Position numbers and translations under genes: made by a program. From an uncultured Pelagibacteraceae bacterium (GTDB lineage Bacteria > Pseudomonadota > Alphaproteobacteria > Pelagibacterales > AG-422-B15): a stretch of DNA of 64,000 bases. Shown here piece by piece: positions 45,647 through 56,324 of this stretch. The first letter of the stretch is position 1. The number at the start of each line of letters is the position of its first letter. The notes beneath the pieces are model-generated. The model saw nothing but the letters and a program-made list of their open reading frames with translations. It was not told where the DNA came from and made no database searches. Location: NCBI GenBank assembly GCA_902578305.1, contig CACHCK010000001.1, positions 183,136-247,135 on the forward strand, given 5' to 3'.

Positions 45647-46702
45647 GTGTCAGAAGCTTTAAAAGTTTACGAACAGCTCTGTAAAGATAAGCACATTGAA
45701 CATAATATAAAGCAAAAAGATCTAGTTATTGAATTAGATAAATTTTTGTCAGGTTCGAGCAGAAATTTTATAAAAAAACTATTTCGATATAATTTATATC
45801 AAAAGAAATGCTTTTATTTATACGGGGGAGTGGGCATTGGAAAGACTCTCATTATAGATTTATTCTATGATGACGTAAATCTAAAAGAAAAACAAAGAGT
45901 CCATTTTCATGAGTTTATGATTGATATACATGATCAATTACACCAACTCAGAAATGAAAAAAATTCAAGAGATTTTATAATTTCAAAACTTGTAAAAGGC
46001 ATTAAATCGAAATCAAGTCTCATATTTTTTGATGAATTCCAGGTTACAAATATAGCTGACGCAATGATTCTAGGGCATTTATTCGAGGAGTTTTTTAAAA
46101 ATAATATTTTAATTGTATTAACTTCTAATTCCAGCCCAGAAGACTTATACAAAGAAGGGCTGCAAAGAGAACTTTTTATTCCATTTATTAATTTAATTAA
46201 AAATAACTCTCTAATTCATCATCTATCAATAGACATTGACTATAGAACAAGATCATTAAAAGAAGAAAAGAACTTTTTTTTATCAAATTCACCGGTTAGC
46301 AAGCTTAAAATAAATGATATTTTTTCTATCCATTCAAATAAAACTTCAGTCGAGGATAAAGTAATAAGTGTGAAGAAGAGAAATTTTATTGTTAAGAATT
46401 TGTCTAATAGAATAGCTCGTTTTCAATTCAATGAAATTTGTGGCGATAATAGAGGCACTGAAGACTACCTCGAGTTAATTAAATTAATTGATAGATTAAT
46501 CATTGAAAATGTTCCAAATTTTGGAAATACAAATTCTAATCTTCAAGAAAGATTTATTAATTTAATTGATGTTCTCTATGATAATAAAATTAAATTATAT
46601 TTAAGCACAGAAAAAGAAATAAGCGATCTTGGCAGTGCATATCATTTGAAAGATAAATTTAATAGAACCATAAGTAGACTTCTAGAAATGAAATCACAAT
46701 AG
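45647..46702 (+). CDS. zapE: AFG1/ZapE family ATPase
   Basis: GTG start; Walker A YLYGGVGIGKT and Walker B LIFFDEFQV. Confidence 0.85.
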   Translation: MSEALKVYEQLCKDKHIEHNIKQKDLVIELDKFLSGSSRNFIKKLFRYNLYQKKCFYLYGGVGIGKTLIIDLFYDDVNLKEKQRVHFHEFMIDIHDQLHQLRNEKNSRDFIISKLVKGIKSKSSLIFFDEFQVTNIADAMILGHLFEEFFKNNILIVLTSNSSPEDLYKEGLQRELFIPFINLIKNNSLIHHLSIDIDYRTRSLKEEKNFFLSNSPVSKLKINDIFSIHSNKTSVEDKVISVKKRNFIVKNLSNRIARFQFNEICGDNRGTEDYLELIKLIDRLIIENVPNFGNTNSNLQERFINLIDVLYDNKIKLYLSTEKEISDLGSAYHLKDKFNRTISRLLEMKSQ

Positions 46703-46708
46703 TTACAA

Positions 46709-47944
46709 ATGAAAATAGCAGTAATAGGAGCGGGAATTGTTGGCATTTCTTCAGCCAATTGGCTTAAGAAGTACGGTCAAGATGTGACCTTGTATGACAT
46801 GAATGATCCTGGATCACAAGCAAGTTACGGCAATGCTGGAACTTATGCAAAATATGCAAATATACCAACTAATTCATCATCCTATTTTTATTTATTTCCA
46901 TATTTATTGCTAAACAAAAACAGTCCATTATTCATTAGCTTAAAACGATTAAACGAGACATTTCCATGGATTATTAAATACTTGAGCAATTGCAGAAATG
47001 AAAAAGTTAACCACACTGTTCAACATTTAACAACTTTACTGTCACATATGGATGATGGTTATGAAGATCTATTCAACGAAGCAAATGCAGAAGATTATAT
47101 ATCAAGAGAGTCTATCATGTATGGATGGTCTACAAAATTATTTTTTAATGCTGCAAAACAAGATTTTCCTAAAAGAGAAGAAACAGGTGTTAAAATAACA
47201 ACTCTGAGTCGAGATGATATTTCTGATCTTGAACCTAATATTAATAATATCTTTTATAAAGGAGCCTTATTTGAAGGTAGTTATTTTGCAAAAAGTCCGA
47301 TCAAGGTTAGCGAAGCATTAATGAAACTGTTTATTAGAAAAGGAGGAAAATTCAAAAAACAGAAAGTTATATCCATTAAAAAAACTGAAACTAATCAAAT
47401 AAATATTAAAACAAACTCAGAAGAGACCCTGCACGATAGAGTCGTGATTACATCTGGAGTATGGTCTAATGATCTGCTTAAACATATAGGCGACAAAGTG
47501 CCACTGGAAGCTGAAAGGGGTTACCATTTGATCAATCCAGAATTGAAGAATATTGTAAAAAGACCAATATCTTGGCAAGAACGAGGAACATATTTTACAC
47601 CTATGTCTGACGGTCTAAGAACGGGTGGAATTGTTGAATTTGGAGCGTTAAATGAAACAAAAAATGAAAGAGTCCTTAACTTTTTAAACCGGGCATTAAA
47701 GGAAGTTTTTCCCTCAGCAGACCTTCCTAAAAAAACATGGGTAGGGTTCAGGCCATCGGTGCCTGACTCTCTTCCAGTGATTGGACAATCTCCAAAAAAC
47801 CCTTATATTTATTATAATTTTGGTCATCAACATATTGGGTGGTCATTAGGTGGCATATCAGGAAAACTGGTTGCACAACAAATTTGCGCAAACAATACAG
47901 ATTTAGATTTGTCACCGTATTCTGTAAAGAGGTTTAAGTTATGA
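46709..47944 (+). CDS. FAD-dependent oxidoreductase (D-amino-acid dehydrogenase/DAO family)
   Basis: MKIAVIGAGIVGISSA dinucleotide fold and C-terminal GHQHIGWSLG. Confidence 0.85.
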   Translation: MKIAVIGAGIVGISSANWLKKYGQDVTLYDMNDPGSQASYGNAGTYAKYANIPTNSSSYFYLFPYLLLNKNSPLFISLKRLNETFPWIIKYLSNCRNEKVNHTVQHLTTLLSHMDDGYEDLFNEANAEDYISRESIMYGWSTKLFFNAAKQDFPKREETGVKITTLSRDDISDLEPNINNIFYKGALFEGSYFAKSPIKVSEALMKLFIRKGGKFKKQKVISIKKTETNQINIKTNSEETLHDRVVITSGVWSNDLLKHIGDKVPLEAERGYHLINPELKNIVKRPISWQERGTYFTPMSDGLRTGGIVEFGALNETKNERVLNFLNRALKEVFPSADLPKKTWVGFRPSVPDSLPVIGQSPKNPYIYYNFGHQHIGWSLGGISGKLVAQQICANNTDLDLSPYSVKRFKL

Positions 47945-49182
47945 AATACTCACTATACAATTTAGTTAAGAATTCATTTTCTTATCATGAGAATTGGGAA
48001 AAAGCATGGAGCAGTCCCGATCTTAAACCTGAATATGATGTAGTAATAGTTGGAGGCGGTGGTCATGGATTAGGAACTGCCTATTACCTAGCAAAAGAAT
48101 TTGGTGTTAAAAATATTGCTGTTCTTGAGAAGGGATGGATTGGTGGAGGTAATACTGGACGTAACACAACCATAATAAGATCTAATTACTTATGGGATGA
48201 AAGTGCAGCTCTTTATAATCATGCTGTTAATTTATGGGAAGGCCTATCTAGTGAGCTTAATTTTAATGTAATGTTTTCACAAAGAGGTTTATTTCACTTA
48301 GCGCATTCAGTTCATGACATGCAAGAAATCACAAGGAGAGGTTACTCTAATTATTTAAATGGTATTGACGCTGAAATTCTAAATCAGGATCAAGTTGCAA
48401 AAAAAATACCTCATATTAATGTTAATGGCAGGTATCCTGTTTTAGGAGCTTTACTTCAGAGGCGAGCGGGAACGGCGCGTCATGATGCTGTAGCATGGGG
48501 GTATGCAAGAGCGGCAGAAAATCTTGGTGTCGATATAATTCAAAACTGTGAGGTTAAAGGAATAGATATATCAAATGGCAAGGTTGTTGGATTACAAACA
48601 ACAAAAGGTTCTGTTAAAGTTGATAAAGTTGGTCTCGTACCTGCTGGACACTCCTCAGTATTAGCTAATATGGCAGGTTTTTCTCTTCCAATAAACTCTG
48701 TGCCCTTACAGGCTTTAGTAAGCGAGCCGGTTAAACCAATTCTGGATTGTGTCATCATGTCAAACTCCGTTCATGTTTATGTAAGTCAATCAGATAAAGG
48801 TGAACTAGTTGTTGGAGCAGGTTCTGATGCCTATAACTCATATTCTCAGCGAGGATCCTTTGATATGATTGAACATATGATGGCTCCTTTAGTTGAATTA
48901 TTTCCAATATTCTCAAGACTTAAAATGCTTCGCAGCTGGGGAGGCATTGTAGATGTAACTCCAGATAGAAGCCCAATAATAGGCAAGACCCCTGTAAAAG
49001 ACTTATTTATTAACTGCGGTTGGGGAACTGGGGGTTTCAAAGCAACTCCAGGGTCAGCTCATGTATTTGCTGAGACAGTTTTTAGAGGAGAGCCAAATGA
49101 TATTGCAGCTCCTTTTTCATTAGAAAGACATTTCTCAGGAGCCTTAGTTGATGAAGCTGCAGCGGCAGCAGTTGCTCATTAA
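47941..49182 (+). CDS. soxB: Sarcosine oxidase beta subunit
   Basis: VVIVGGGGHGLGTAYYLA, GGGNTGRNTTIIRSNY, and WGTGGFKATP. Confidence 0.95.
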   Translation: MKYSLYNLVKNSFSYHENWEKAWSSPDLKPEYDVVIVGGGGHGLGTAYYLAKEFGVKNIAVLEKGWIGGGNTGRNTTIIRSNYLWDESAALYNHAVNLWEGLSSELNFNVMFSQRGLFHLAHSVHDMQEITRRGYSNYLNGIDAEILNQDQVAKKIPHINVNGRYPVLGALLQRRAGTARHDAVAWGYARAAENLGVDIIQNCEVKGIDISNGKVVGLQTTKGSVKVDKVGLVPAGHSSVLANMAGFSLPINSVPLQALVSEPVKPILDCVIMSNSVHVYVSQSDKGELVVGAGSDAYNSYSQRGSFDMIEHMMAPLVELFPIFSRLKMLRSWGGIVDVTPDRSPIIGKTPVKDLFINCGWGTGGFKATPGSAHVFAETVFRGEPNDIAAPFSLERHFSGALVDEAAAAAVAH

Positions 49183-49193
49183 TAATTTTTTTT

Positions 49194-49478
49194 ATGTTTA
49201 TAATTAATTGTCCATATTGTGGGGAAAGAGATCAGACAGAATTCACATGTCACGGCGAAGCTCACATTGCAAGGCCAGATAACCCATCTGAAATAAGTGA
49301 TGAAGAATGGGGCAGGTATCTTTTTTTTAGAGAAAATCCAAAAGGAACCCATTTTGAAAGATGGACACACGATCATGGATGCAGACGATGGTTTAATGTA
49401 ATGAGAGACACTGTCACAGATCAAATAATAAAAACATATAAAATGGGTGAAGCAAAGCCGGAGATATCAAATGAGTAA
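49194..49478 (+). CDS. soxD: Sarcosine oxidase delta subunit
   Basis: CPYCGERDQTEF...HGCRRWFN zinc-site pattern. Confidence 0.95.
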   Translation: MFIINCPYCGERDQTEFTCHGEAHIARPDNPSEISDEEWGRYLFFRENPKGTHFERWTHDHGCRRWFNVMRDTVTDQIIKTYKMGEAKPEISNE

Positions 49479-52476
49479 TCAAAATAGGACAATTTACGGC
49501 GGTAAAGTGAATAGGGAAAAGCCAATTAACTTTATTTTTAACGGAAAGTCTTATATTGGGTATCAGGGTGATACGTTAGCTTCTGCGTTATTAGCTAACG
49601 ATGTTCATTTAATAGGTAGAAGTTTTAAGTATCATCGCGCAAGAGGAATATTAACTGCAGGTTCAGAGGAGCCAAATGCAATTGTTCAATTAGGACTTGG
49701 AGCACGAACAGAGCCAAATATTCGTGCAACAGAAGTAGAGCTTTATGAAGGTCTAGAAGCTTCTAGCCAAAATTGTTGGCCATCAGTTAATTTTGACATT
49801 GGAGCAATGAACAACTTTCTATCAAGAATATTCCCTGCAGGTTTTTATTACAAAACATTTAAATGGCCTCCAAGCATGTGGTTATTTTATGAGCATTTCA
49901 TAAGAAAAGCTGCTGGGTTAGGTCAGTCACCTACAGCAAAAAACCCAGATAGATATGAACAGAAATTTTATTACACTGATATCACTATTGTAGGTGGTGG
50001 CATCTCAGGTTTACTCGCAGCTTTGGGCGCAGGTCGATCGGGGTGTAAAGTTTTGCTTATAGATGAAAATCCCGAATTAGGAGGATATCTACTCGATTAT
50101 AATTTTAGTATCAATGAAAAAGACGGAAAAAAATGGCTGAAAAAAATCATAGATGAATTAAACGACTTAGCTAATGTTGTAATTCTCAAAAGAACCACCG
50201 CAATGGGGTATTATGATTACAACTATTTAACGGCTTTAGAAAAAGTTACTAATCACCATGCAGAATTTTCAAGTACTTTACCGAGAGAGAGATATTGGCG
50301 CATACGTTCAAAAAAAGTTATTTTGGCACAAGGAGCTTTTGAAAGACCACTTGTTTTTGCCGACAATGATAGACCTGGTATCATGATGGCATCTGCAGGT
50401 CAAAAGTATCTCTCTAGGTACGGAGTATTACCAGGTAAGTCAGTTGTACTTTTTACAAACAATGACCATGCTTATTTAACCGCTTTTGAGTTTGTTGAAA
50501 AGGGGGCTAAAGTAACAGTCGTAGATACAAGAGATCTTTTAAATGCAAGAATTAGTGAAAAATGTAAATCATTAAATATAACAGTTTTTAAATCATATTC
50601 AGTTATTAAGACCTATGGTGATAAGAAAGTAAATAGAATAGAAATACAGCAAGTTGATAAAAATACAAATAAACTAACAGGAGAAGTTGAAAATATTCTT
50701 ACTGATTGTGTATTAATGTCTGGTGGTTGGAATCCAGCAGTCCAACTGTTTAGCCAATCAAGAGGTAAACTAAAATATGATCTAAAGATAAATACTTTTG
50801 TTCCTGATAAAATCATCGAAAACCAAAAAATAATTGGTTCGAATAATGGTCAGTTTAATCTGCAAGAAAATCTTAATGAATCTTTTGAAGCAGGAATAGC
50901 AGCAGCTAATGAACTTAATTTCAATAGCGTTGAAAAAGTTAATTGGACTGGAAAAGAAGAGATAGAGTTCACACATTCTGATATTGAGCCATATATGTTA
51001 GGTAAGAAAAAAGTTACAAAAGGATCTAAACATTTCATTGATTTTCAAAACGATGTAACTGCTGCAGATATTTTTCTAGCGCAACGAGAAGGTTATATCA
51101 GTGTAGAACATACAAAAAGGTACACAACAACAGGGATGGGCACTGACCAAGGAAAAACATCCAATGTTAATGCATTGGCTTTGATGTCTCATATTCATAA
51201 TAAACCTGTCGACGAAATAGGACACACAACTTTTAGACCGCCTTATGCTCCTCAGACGATTGGAGCTATAGCCGGAAGAAGCGTTGACAAGCTTTTTGAA
51301 CCTGAACGAAAAACATCAATGCATGAATGGCATGTTGAAAATAAAGCTGTATTTGAGGATGTTGGGCAATGGAAAAGACCATATTATTTTCCTCAAAACA
51401 AAGAGGATATTCACCAAGCAGTTAAAAGAGAATGTTTAGCAGTAAGAAATAGCTTGGGCATATTAGATGCATCAACTCTTGGAAAGATTGATCTACAAGG
51501 GCCTGATGCCGCTAAATTCCTAAACATGATTTATACAAACGCTTGGTCAAAACTTGAAATTGGCTCATGCAGATACGGATTAATGTGCAATGAGCATGGC
51601 ATGATATTTGATGATGGGGTGACAAGTAGGTTGGGAGAAAATCATTATCACATGACAACGACAACTGGTGGCGCTGCGAGAGTAATGTCCTGGTTAGAAG
51701 AATTTCTACAAACAGAATGGCTTGATATGAAAGTGTTTTGCACCTCAGTTACTGAACAGTGGGCTGTGCTGTCTATATCGGGACCAAATTCAAGAGAATT
51801 TTTAAAAGATTTAACAAATATTGATTTATCAAAAGAAAATTTTCCATTCATGAAATTTAGAGAAGGGGAAGTTTGCGGAGTTAAAGCAAGAGTATTCAGA
51901 ATTAGCTTTACTGGAGAGTTAAGCTATGAAGTTAATGTTCCTGCGCGTTATGGACGTTATGTTTGGGAAAAATTTATGGAACATGGGAAAAAATACAATA
52001 TCACTCCATATGGTACAGAGACAATGCATGTATTACGAGCTGAGAAAGGATTTATAATCGTTGGACAAGATACAGATGGAAGTGTCACGCCAAGTGATAT
52101 GAATATGGATTGGATCGTTTCAAAGAAGAAAGAAGATTTTCTTGGAAAGAGATCCTTTACGAGACCTGATACCGCTAGACATGATAGAAAAAAATTTGTT
52201 GGACTCTTAGTTAATGACAAAAAAACAATTCTTCCAGAAGGATCACATATCGTTGAAAAGGCATTAAAACAACCACCGATGAAAATGTTAGGACATGTTA
52301 CATCTAGTTATTACAGTCCTACTTTAGGTTATCCAATCGCTCTAGCGATGTTAAAAGATGGCTTTAGTAAAATGGGTGAACAAGTAGTAGTACCACTTAT
52401 GAATGGCAAGATTATTGAAGCTACTGTGACAGATACAATATTCTACGACAAAGAAGGTAAGAGAAATAATGAGTAA
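49471..52476 (+). CDS. soxA: Sarcosine oxidase alpha subunit
   Basis: About 1000 aa with GDTLASALLANDV, IVGGGISGL and a C-terminal GcvT-like domain. Start moved to MSNQNRT (49471), an 8-nt overlap with soxD. Confidence 0.95.
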   Translation: MSNQNRTIYGGKVNREKPINFIFNGKSYIGYQGDTLASALLANDVHLIGRSFKYHRARGILTAGSEEPNAIVQLGLGARTEPNIRATEVELYEGLEASSQNCWPSVNFDIGAMNNFLSRIFPAGFYYKTFKWPPSMWLFYEHFIRKAAGLGQSPTAKNPDRYEQKFYYTDITIVGGGISGLLAALGAGRSGCKVLLIDENPELGGYLLDYNFSINEKDGKKWLKKIIDELNDLANVVILKRTTAMGYYDYNYLTALEKVTNHHAEFSSTLPRERYWRIRSKKVILAQGAFERPLVFADNDRPGIMMASAGQKYLSRYGVLPGKSVVLFTNNDHAYLTAFEFVEKGAKVTVVDTRDLLNARISEKCKSLNITVFKSYSVIKTYGDKKVNRIEIQQVDKNTNKLTGEVENILTDCVLMSGGWNPAVQLFSQSRGKLKYDLKINTFVPDKIIENQKIIGSNNGQFNLQENLNESFEAGIAAANELNFNSVEKVNWTGKEEIEFTHSDIEPYMLGKKKVTKGSKHFIDFQNDVTAADIFLAQREGYISVEHTKRYTTTGMGTDQGKTSNVNALALMSHIHNKPVDEIGHTTFRPPYAPQTIGAIAGRSVDKLFEPERKTSMHEWHVENKAVFEDVGQWKRPYYFPQNKEDIHQAVKRECLAVRNSLGILDASTLGKIDLQGPDAAKFLNMIYTNAWSKLEIGSCRYGLMCNEHGMIFDDGVTSRLGENHYHMTTTTGGAARVMSWLEEFLQTEWLDMKVFCTSVTEQWAVLSISGPNSREFLKDLTNIDLSKENFPFMKFREGEVCGVKARVFRISFTGELSYEVNVPARYGRYVWEKFMEHGKKYNITPYGTETMHVLRAEKGFIIVGQDTDGSVTPSDMNMDWIVSKKKEDFLGKRSFTRPDTARHDRKKFVGLLVNDKKTILPEGSHIVEKALKQPPMKMLGHVTSSYYSPTLGYPIALAMLKDGFSKMGEQVVVPLMNGKIIEATVTDTIFYDKEGKRNNE

Positions 52477-53053
52477 TCAACCGCAAATTTTTTCCCCTCT
52501 TACACAAAAAGAAAAAATCGCTTCGGATAATATTACATTGGAGCTAATTGAGTTTTTAGGAAAAATTAATTTGAGATTAAAGGAAAATGATTCTCAAGCA
52601 AGAGATGCAGTAGAAAAATACCTTACATATAGCCTTCCAAAAAGTGCTGGTGAAGTCACTGGAAATAATGAGACTAGAGTTTTGTGGTTAGGACCAAATG
52701 AATATTTGTTATTAAGTGAAGATGAAAAAAAAGACAATGTTATCAATGAATTAAGAGAAATACTCTCAGATTTATTTTGCGCAATTACCGATGTATCTGA
52801 TTATTATTTGACGATGAGGCTTAGTGGCCCAAAAAGTATTGAAGTCTTAACAAAAGCTTGCCCTCTTAATTTTGATCAATATCTCACAAAAGGGAATTCT
52901 TGCGCTCAATCATATATAAGTAAGGCAACAGTCCTCATTGACAGATTATCAGATGACCTAGTTTTTGATATATCAGTTAGATGGAGTTTCGCTGATTATT
53001 TATGGGATTGGTTAGCAGATTCAAGCAATGAATTTATTTTAAGCAAAAAGTAA
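52469..53053 (+). CDS. soxG: Sarcosine oxidase gamma subunit
   Basis: Position and size in the soxBDAG order; WLGPNEYLLLS motif. Confidence 0.85.
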   Translation: MSNQPQIFSPLTQKEKIASDNITLELIEFLGKINLRLKENDSQARDAVEKYLTYSLPKSAGEVTGNNETRVLWLGPNEYLLLSEDEKKDNVINELREILSDLFCAITDVSDYYLTMRLSGPKSIEVLTKACPLNFDQYLTKGNSCAQSYISKATVLIDRLSDDLVFDISVRWSFADYLWDWLADSSNEFILSKK

Positions 53054-53058
53054 TTATT

Positions 53059-53406
53059 GTGAAAGTATCATTATTACTTGCCTTATCTCGATCAGTTTTT
53101 AAAAAATGCCCGCAATGCGGAGAAGAAAAAATTTATAAGCAATATTTGAAACTGAAGCCTAATTGCAATAATTGTAATGAAAAGCTCTCAATTTACAGAA
53201 CGGATGATTTTGGTCCTTGGCTTACAATTATTATTGTTGGACACATCATTGTTCCCTTAGTTTTGTATATAGAACAAAACTATTCACCTCAGTTATGGTT
53301 GCAGGCAATTACATGGATACCAATTACAATACTGACCGTACTTTATATGCTTCCAATATCAAAAAGTATATGCCTGGCTATATTGTGGAGCTTAAGGGAT
53401 AAATAA
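53059..53406 (+). CDS. DUF983-family zinc-ribbon membrane protein
   Basis: GTG start; CPQCGE...CNNCNE ribbon followed by two TM spans. Confidence 0.75.
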   Translation: MKVSLLLALSRSVFKKCPQCGEEKIYKQYLKLKPNCNNCNEKLSIYRTDDFGPWLTIIIVGHIIVPLVLYIEQNYSPQLWLQAITWIPITILTVLYMLPISKSICLAILWSLRDK

Positions 53407-53408
53407 TT

Positions 53409-54431
53409 GTGAGATTAGTTTTATTGATCTTATTTTTATTTTATGCTGCATCAGCAAGTACCGAAAACCTGCCACAATCCCCCGCACATCATTTATCGGA
53501 TGGAACTTATGCAAACACTAATGGAGTACCATATGAAAGTAGTTTTAAAAAATTAATGCAATGGAGTTGGGAGAGAAGAAGTAAAGATTTATCGACATTT
53601 AAATTTGAAATGGAGAAACCAAATTACAAAGAAATATATAACAATGATAACATTGTTACTACATGGATTGGGCATGAAACTTTTTTATATCAAAACAAGG
53701 ATATAAATGTGCTTACAGATCCACATTTTACTGATCGAGCCTCACCATTAAGTTTTGCCGGACCAAAGAGATATATGCCGCCCGGTATGGAAATTGAAGA
53801 TTTACCAATCATTGATGTCGTAACAATTTCTCATAGTCATTATGACCACCTTGATTATAGAAGCGTGAAATTAATCGCGGAAAAATACGAAGATGTACTT
53901 TTTTTGGTCCCTTTGGGTCTCGAAGATTGGTTCATAAATAAAGGTATAAAAAATGTGAGAGAACTTGATTGGTGGGACTCAATTAAAGTAAGTGATACAG
54001 AAATTACTTTTGCTCCTGTACAGCATTGGTCGGCAAGGGGCTTATTTGATAGAAATGAAACTTTATGGGGAGCTTGGCATTTTAAAAACTATTATCATAG
54101 TTTTATTCATTTAGGTGATACAGGCTATTCTGATGATTTTAAAGAAATCAGAAAAAGATTAGGGTCAGTTGATTTAGCTGCTATTCCAATCGGTGCTTAC
54201 GAGCCAAGATGGATCATGGAAGTTTCACACATGAATCCTGAAGAGGCAGTTATGTCTTTCTTGGATTTAGAAGCTTCTAAAGCCATTGGCATGTCTTGGG
54301 GAACATTTATTTTGACCGATGAGCCTGTAAGAGAGCCACCTCAAAAGTTAATTGAAGTCGTCTCAAAATATAATATTTCTCAAGATAGATTTTTCACATT
54401 AAAGCATGGAGAAACCTACTTAGATAATTGA
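53409..54431 (+). CDS. MBL-fold metallo-hydrolase (NAPE-PLD-like)
   Basis: GTG start, signal peptide, and ISHSHYDHLD metal motif. Confidence 0.8.
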   Translation: MRLVLLILFLFYAASASTENLPQSPAHHLSDGTYANTNGVPYESSFKKLMQWSWERRSKDLSTFKFEMEKPNYKEIYNNDNIVTTWIGHETFLYQNKDINVLTDPHFTDRASPLSFAGPKRYMPPGMEIEDLPIIDVVTISHSHYDHLDYRSVKLIAEKYEDVLFLVPLGLEDWFINKGIKNVRELDWWDSIKVSDTEITFAPVQHWSARGLFDRNETLWGAWHFKNYYHSFIHLGDTGYSDDFKEIRKRLGSVDLAAIPIGAYEPRWIMEVSHMNPEEAVMSFLDLEASKAIGMSWGTFILTDEPVREPPQKLIEVVSKYNISQDRFFTLKHGETYLDN

Positions 54432-55306
54432 AGTTTAATTTTTGAAAGTAAGTAAAGAGACAAAAAAGAAATAAAAAAGCCTAATATTAATGAACTTAAA
54501 GCCGTTTCAAGCTCTATAGGTAAGTTCACTTTTTCAAAAGCTAAATTTAGAAATTCATTAAACAAAAGAAATAAAACTAATGCCAAAAAGCATGATGTGT
54601 AGTGAGCAAATACATTTGAAGTACGAACAAAATTAAATTGTTTGTAGTCAATATCTTTGCCGATAAAGAAACCAATCATTAGACCTCCTATTGCTATTGC
54701 TGCTTCATTTCCATGTGCAGTCGGCCATGTAAGATAAAATAAAAGAAAGATTACGACTAATGATAAATACCTTGTAAAGGTATTAAATTTAATATTTCCT
54801 CTTTCAATGTTTTTGTAGATGAGGTCTGCAATGTAAAGAGTAACTAATCCAACAACCAAGCCTCCTAAAATATCTCCAATGTCATGAACTCCCAAGTAAA
54901 CTCGGCTTAGAGGCACTCCAAAGAGAAAAATTATTGAGAGTGACTTCACAAATAAATTCTTTACATTTAAGGCTATATAAAGCCAAATCACGACCGCAAT
55001 TTGAGTGTGACCACTTGGAAACCCGAATGAAGTTTCAGTTTGAAGCCATGGATCAATATTAAGAGCAAAATCCGGCCTAGGATCTTGAAAAATATCTTTC
55101 AGAAATGAATTTATAATTGCGGAAAAGAAAACTATTACAAGAAGTTTGCCAAAAACTTTTCGGTCATAACACCAATAAATAAATGGGATAAACATGAATA
55201 AAAAATCTCGATATCCCAACCATGTAAAAAATTCAAATATAGGAGTTAAATAGGGTGTTCGAATATTGACTACCCAACTAATGTCATTAAGTAAACTATA
55301 AATCAT
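54416..55306 (-). CDS. PAP2-family membrane phosphatase
   Basis: KDIFQDPRP, PSGH and SRVYLGVHDIGD (the three PAP2 motifs). Confidence 0.8.
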   Translation of the reverse strand: MIYSLLNDISWVVNIRTPYLTPIFEFFTWLGYRDFLFMFIPFIYWCYDRKVFGKLLVIVFFSAIINSFLKDIFQDPRPDFALNIDPWLQTETSFGFPSGHTQIAVVIWLYIALNVKNLFVKSLSIIFLFGVPLSRVYLGVHDIGDILGGLVVGLVTLYIADLIYKNIERGNIKFNTFTRYLSLVVIFLLFYLTWPTAHGNEAAIAIGGLMIGFFIGKDIDYKQFNFVRTSNVFAHYTSCFLALVLFLLFNEFLNLAFEKVNLPIELETALSSLILGFFISFLSLYLLSKIKLQLSK

Positions 55307-55370
55307 GAATATCTGTTGTATTTGTGGTTTTATTAATTATATATCAAAAAATCATTAATTAGATATTTAA

Positions 55371-56321
55371 ATGAAAGCAATAGGATACAACTCTTACGGA
55401 GATATTGATAATCTTGAAATTTTAGAGGTTGCTGAGCCAAGACCTAAAAGATCAGAAGTAATTGTAAAGATCGAGGCCGTATCGCTTAATCCAGTTGATA
55501 TCAAAAAAATGCAAGGTGGGTTTAAGCCCATAACCAATCTGAATAAATTTCCTATATTCACTGCATGTGATTTCAGTGGTGAAATTACTGAAATTGGAAG
55601 AGATGTAGGAGCTTTTAAAGTTGGTGATAAAGTATTTGGCATGACAGATATATTATTTAATGGAAGTGCTGCAGAAAAAATTAAAATTTCTCAAAAGTTA
55701 ATTTCACTCGTACCAAAAAATATCAAGTTACACGAAGCGGCCGCTATTCCTCAAGTAGCAAATACATCGTTGCTAGCATTGAGAAATATTGCTTCAATTC
55801 GAAAGGGACACAAGATCTTAATTAATGGCGCATCCGGAGGAGTGGGTTCTTTTGCAATTCAAATGGCTAAAATATATGAAACAGAAATAACTGCGGTAAC
55901 AAGTGATAGAAATTACGAATGGATCAAAAATGATTTTAATATAGATGACGTTGTTGATTATACAAAAGAAGATATTTTATCTTCATCAAAAAAATATGAT
56001 ATCGTTTTTGATGCAAATGGAAATCTATCTTTTCCTAAGGCATCAAAAATCTTATCGGCTAACGGAATATATGTAACTACAAAAAATAATATCTACAATA
56101 ATATAGATGTAGCAAAACAGTTATTTCAAAGAAAAAAATCAAGAGTCGTATTATCTGGTAGAACATCAACTGCAAATTTAGATTTATTTAGAATGTGGAT
56201 TGAAGACGGAAAGATTAAGCCCATTATCGAAAAAATATTTTCTTTTGATCAATACCTTGATGCTTACAATCATCTCAAAAGTGGTCGCGCAAAAGGCAAA
56301 ATACTTTTAACCTTTAATTAA
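55371..56321 (+). CDS. NADPH:quinone oxidoreductase / MDR-family zinc-type dehydrogenase
   Basis: INGASGGVGSFAIQMAK cofactor motif and C-terminal GRAKGKILL. Confidence 0.85.
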   Translation: MKAIGYNSYGDIDNLEILEVAEPRPKRSEVIVKIEAVSLNPVDIKKMQGGFKPITNLNKFPIFTACDFSGEITEIGRDVGAFKVGDKVFGMTDILFNGSAAEKIKISQKLISLVPKNIKLHEAAAIPQVANTSLLALRNIASIRKGHKILINGASGGVGSFAIQMAKIYETEITAVTSDRNYEWIKNDFNIDDVVDYTKEDILSSSKKYDIVFDANGNLSFPKASKILSANGIYVTTKNNIYNNIDVAKQLFQRKKSRVVLSGRTSTANLDLFRMWIEDGKIKPIIEKIFSFDQYLDAYNHLKSGRAKGKILLTFN

Positions 56322-56324
56322 AAT

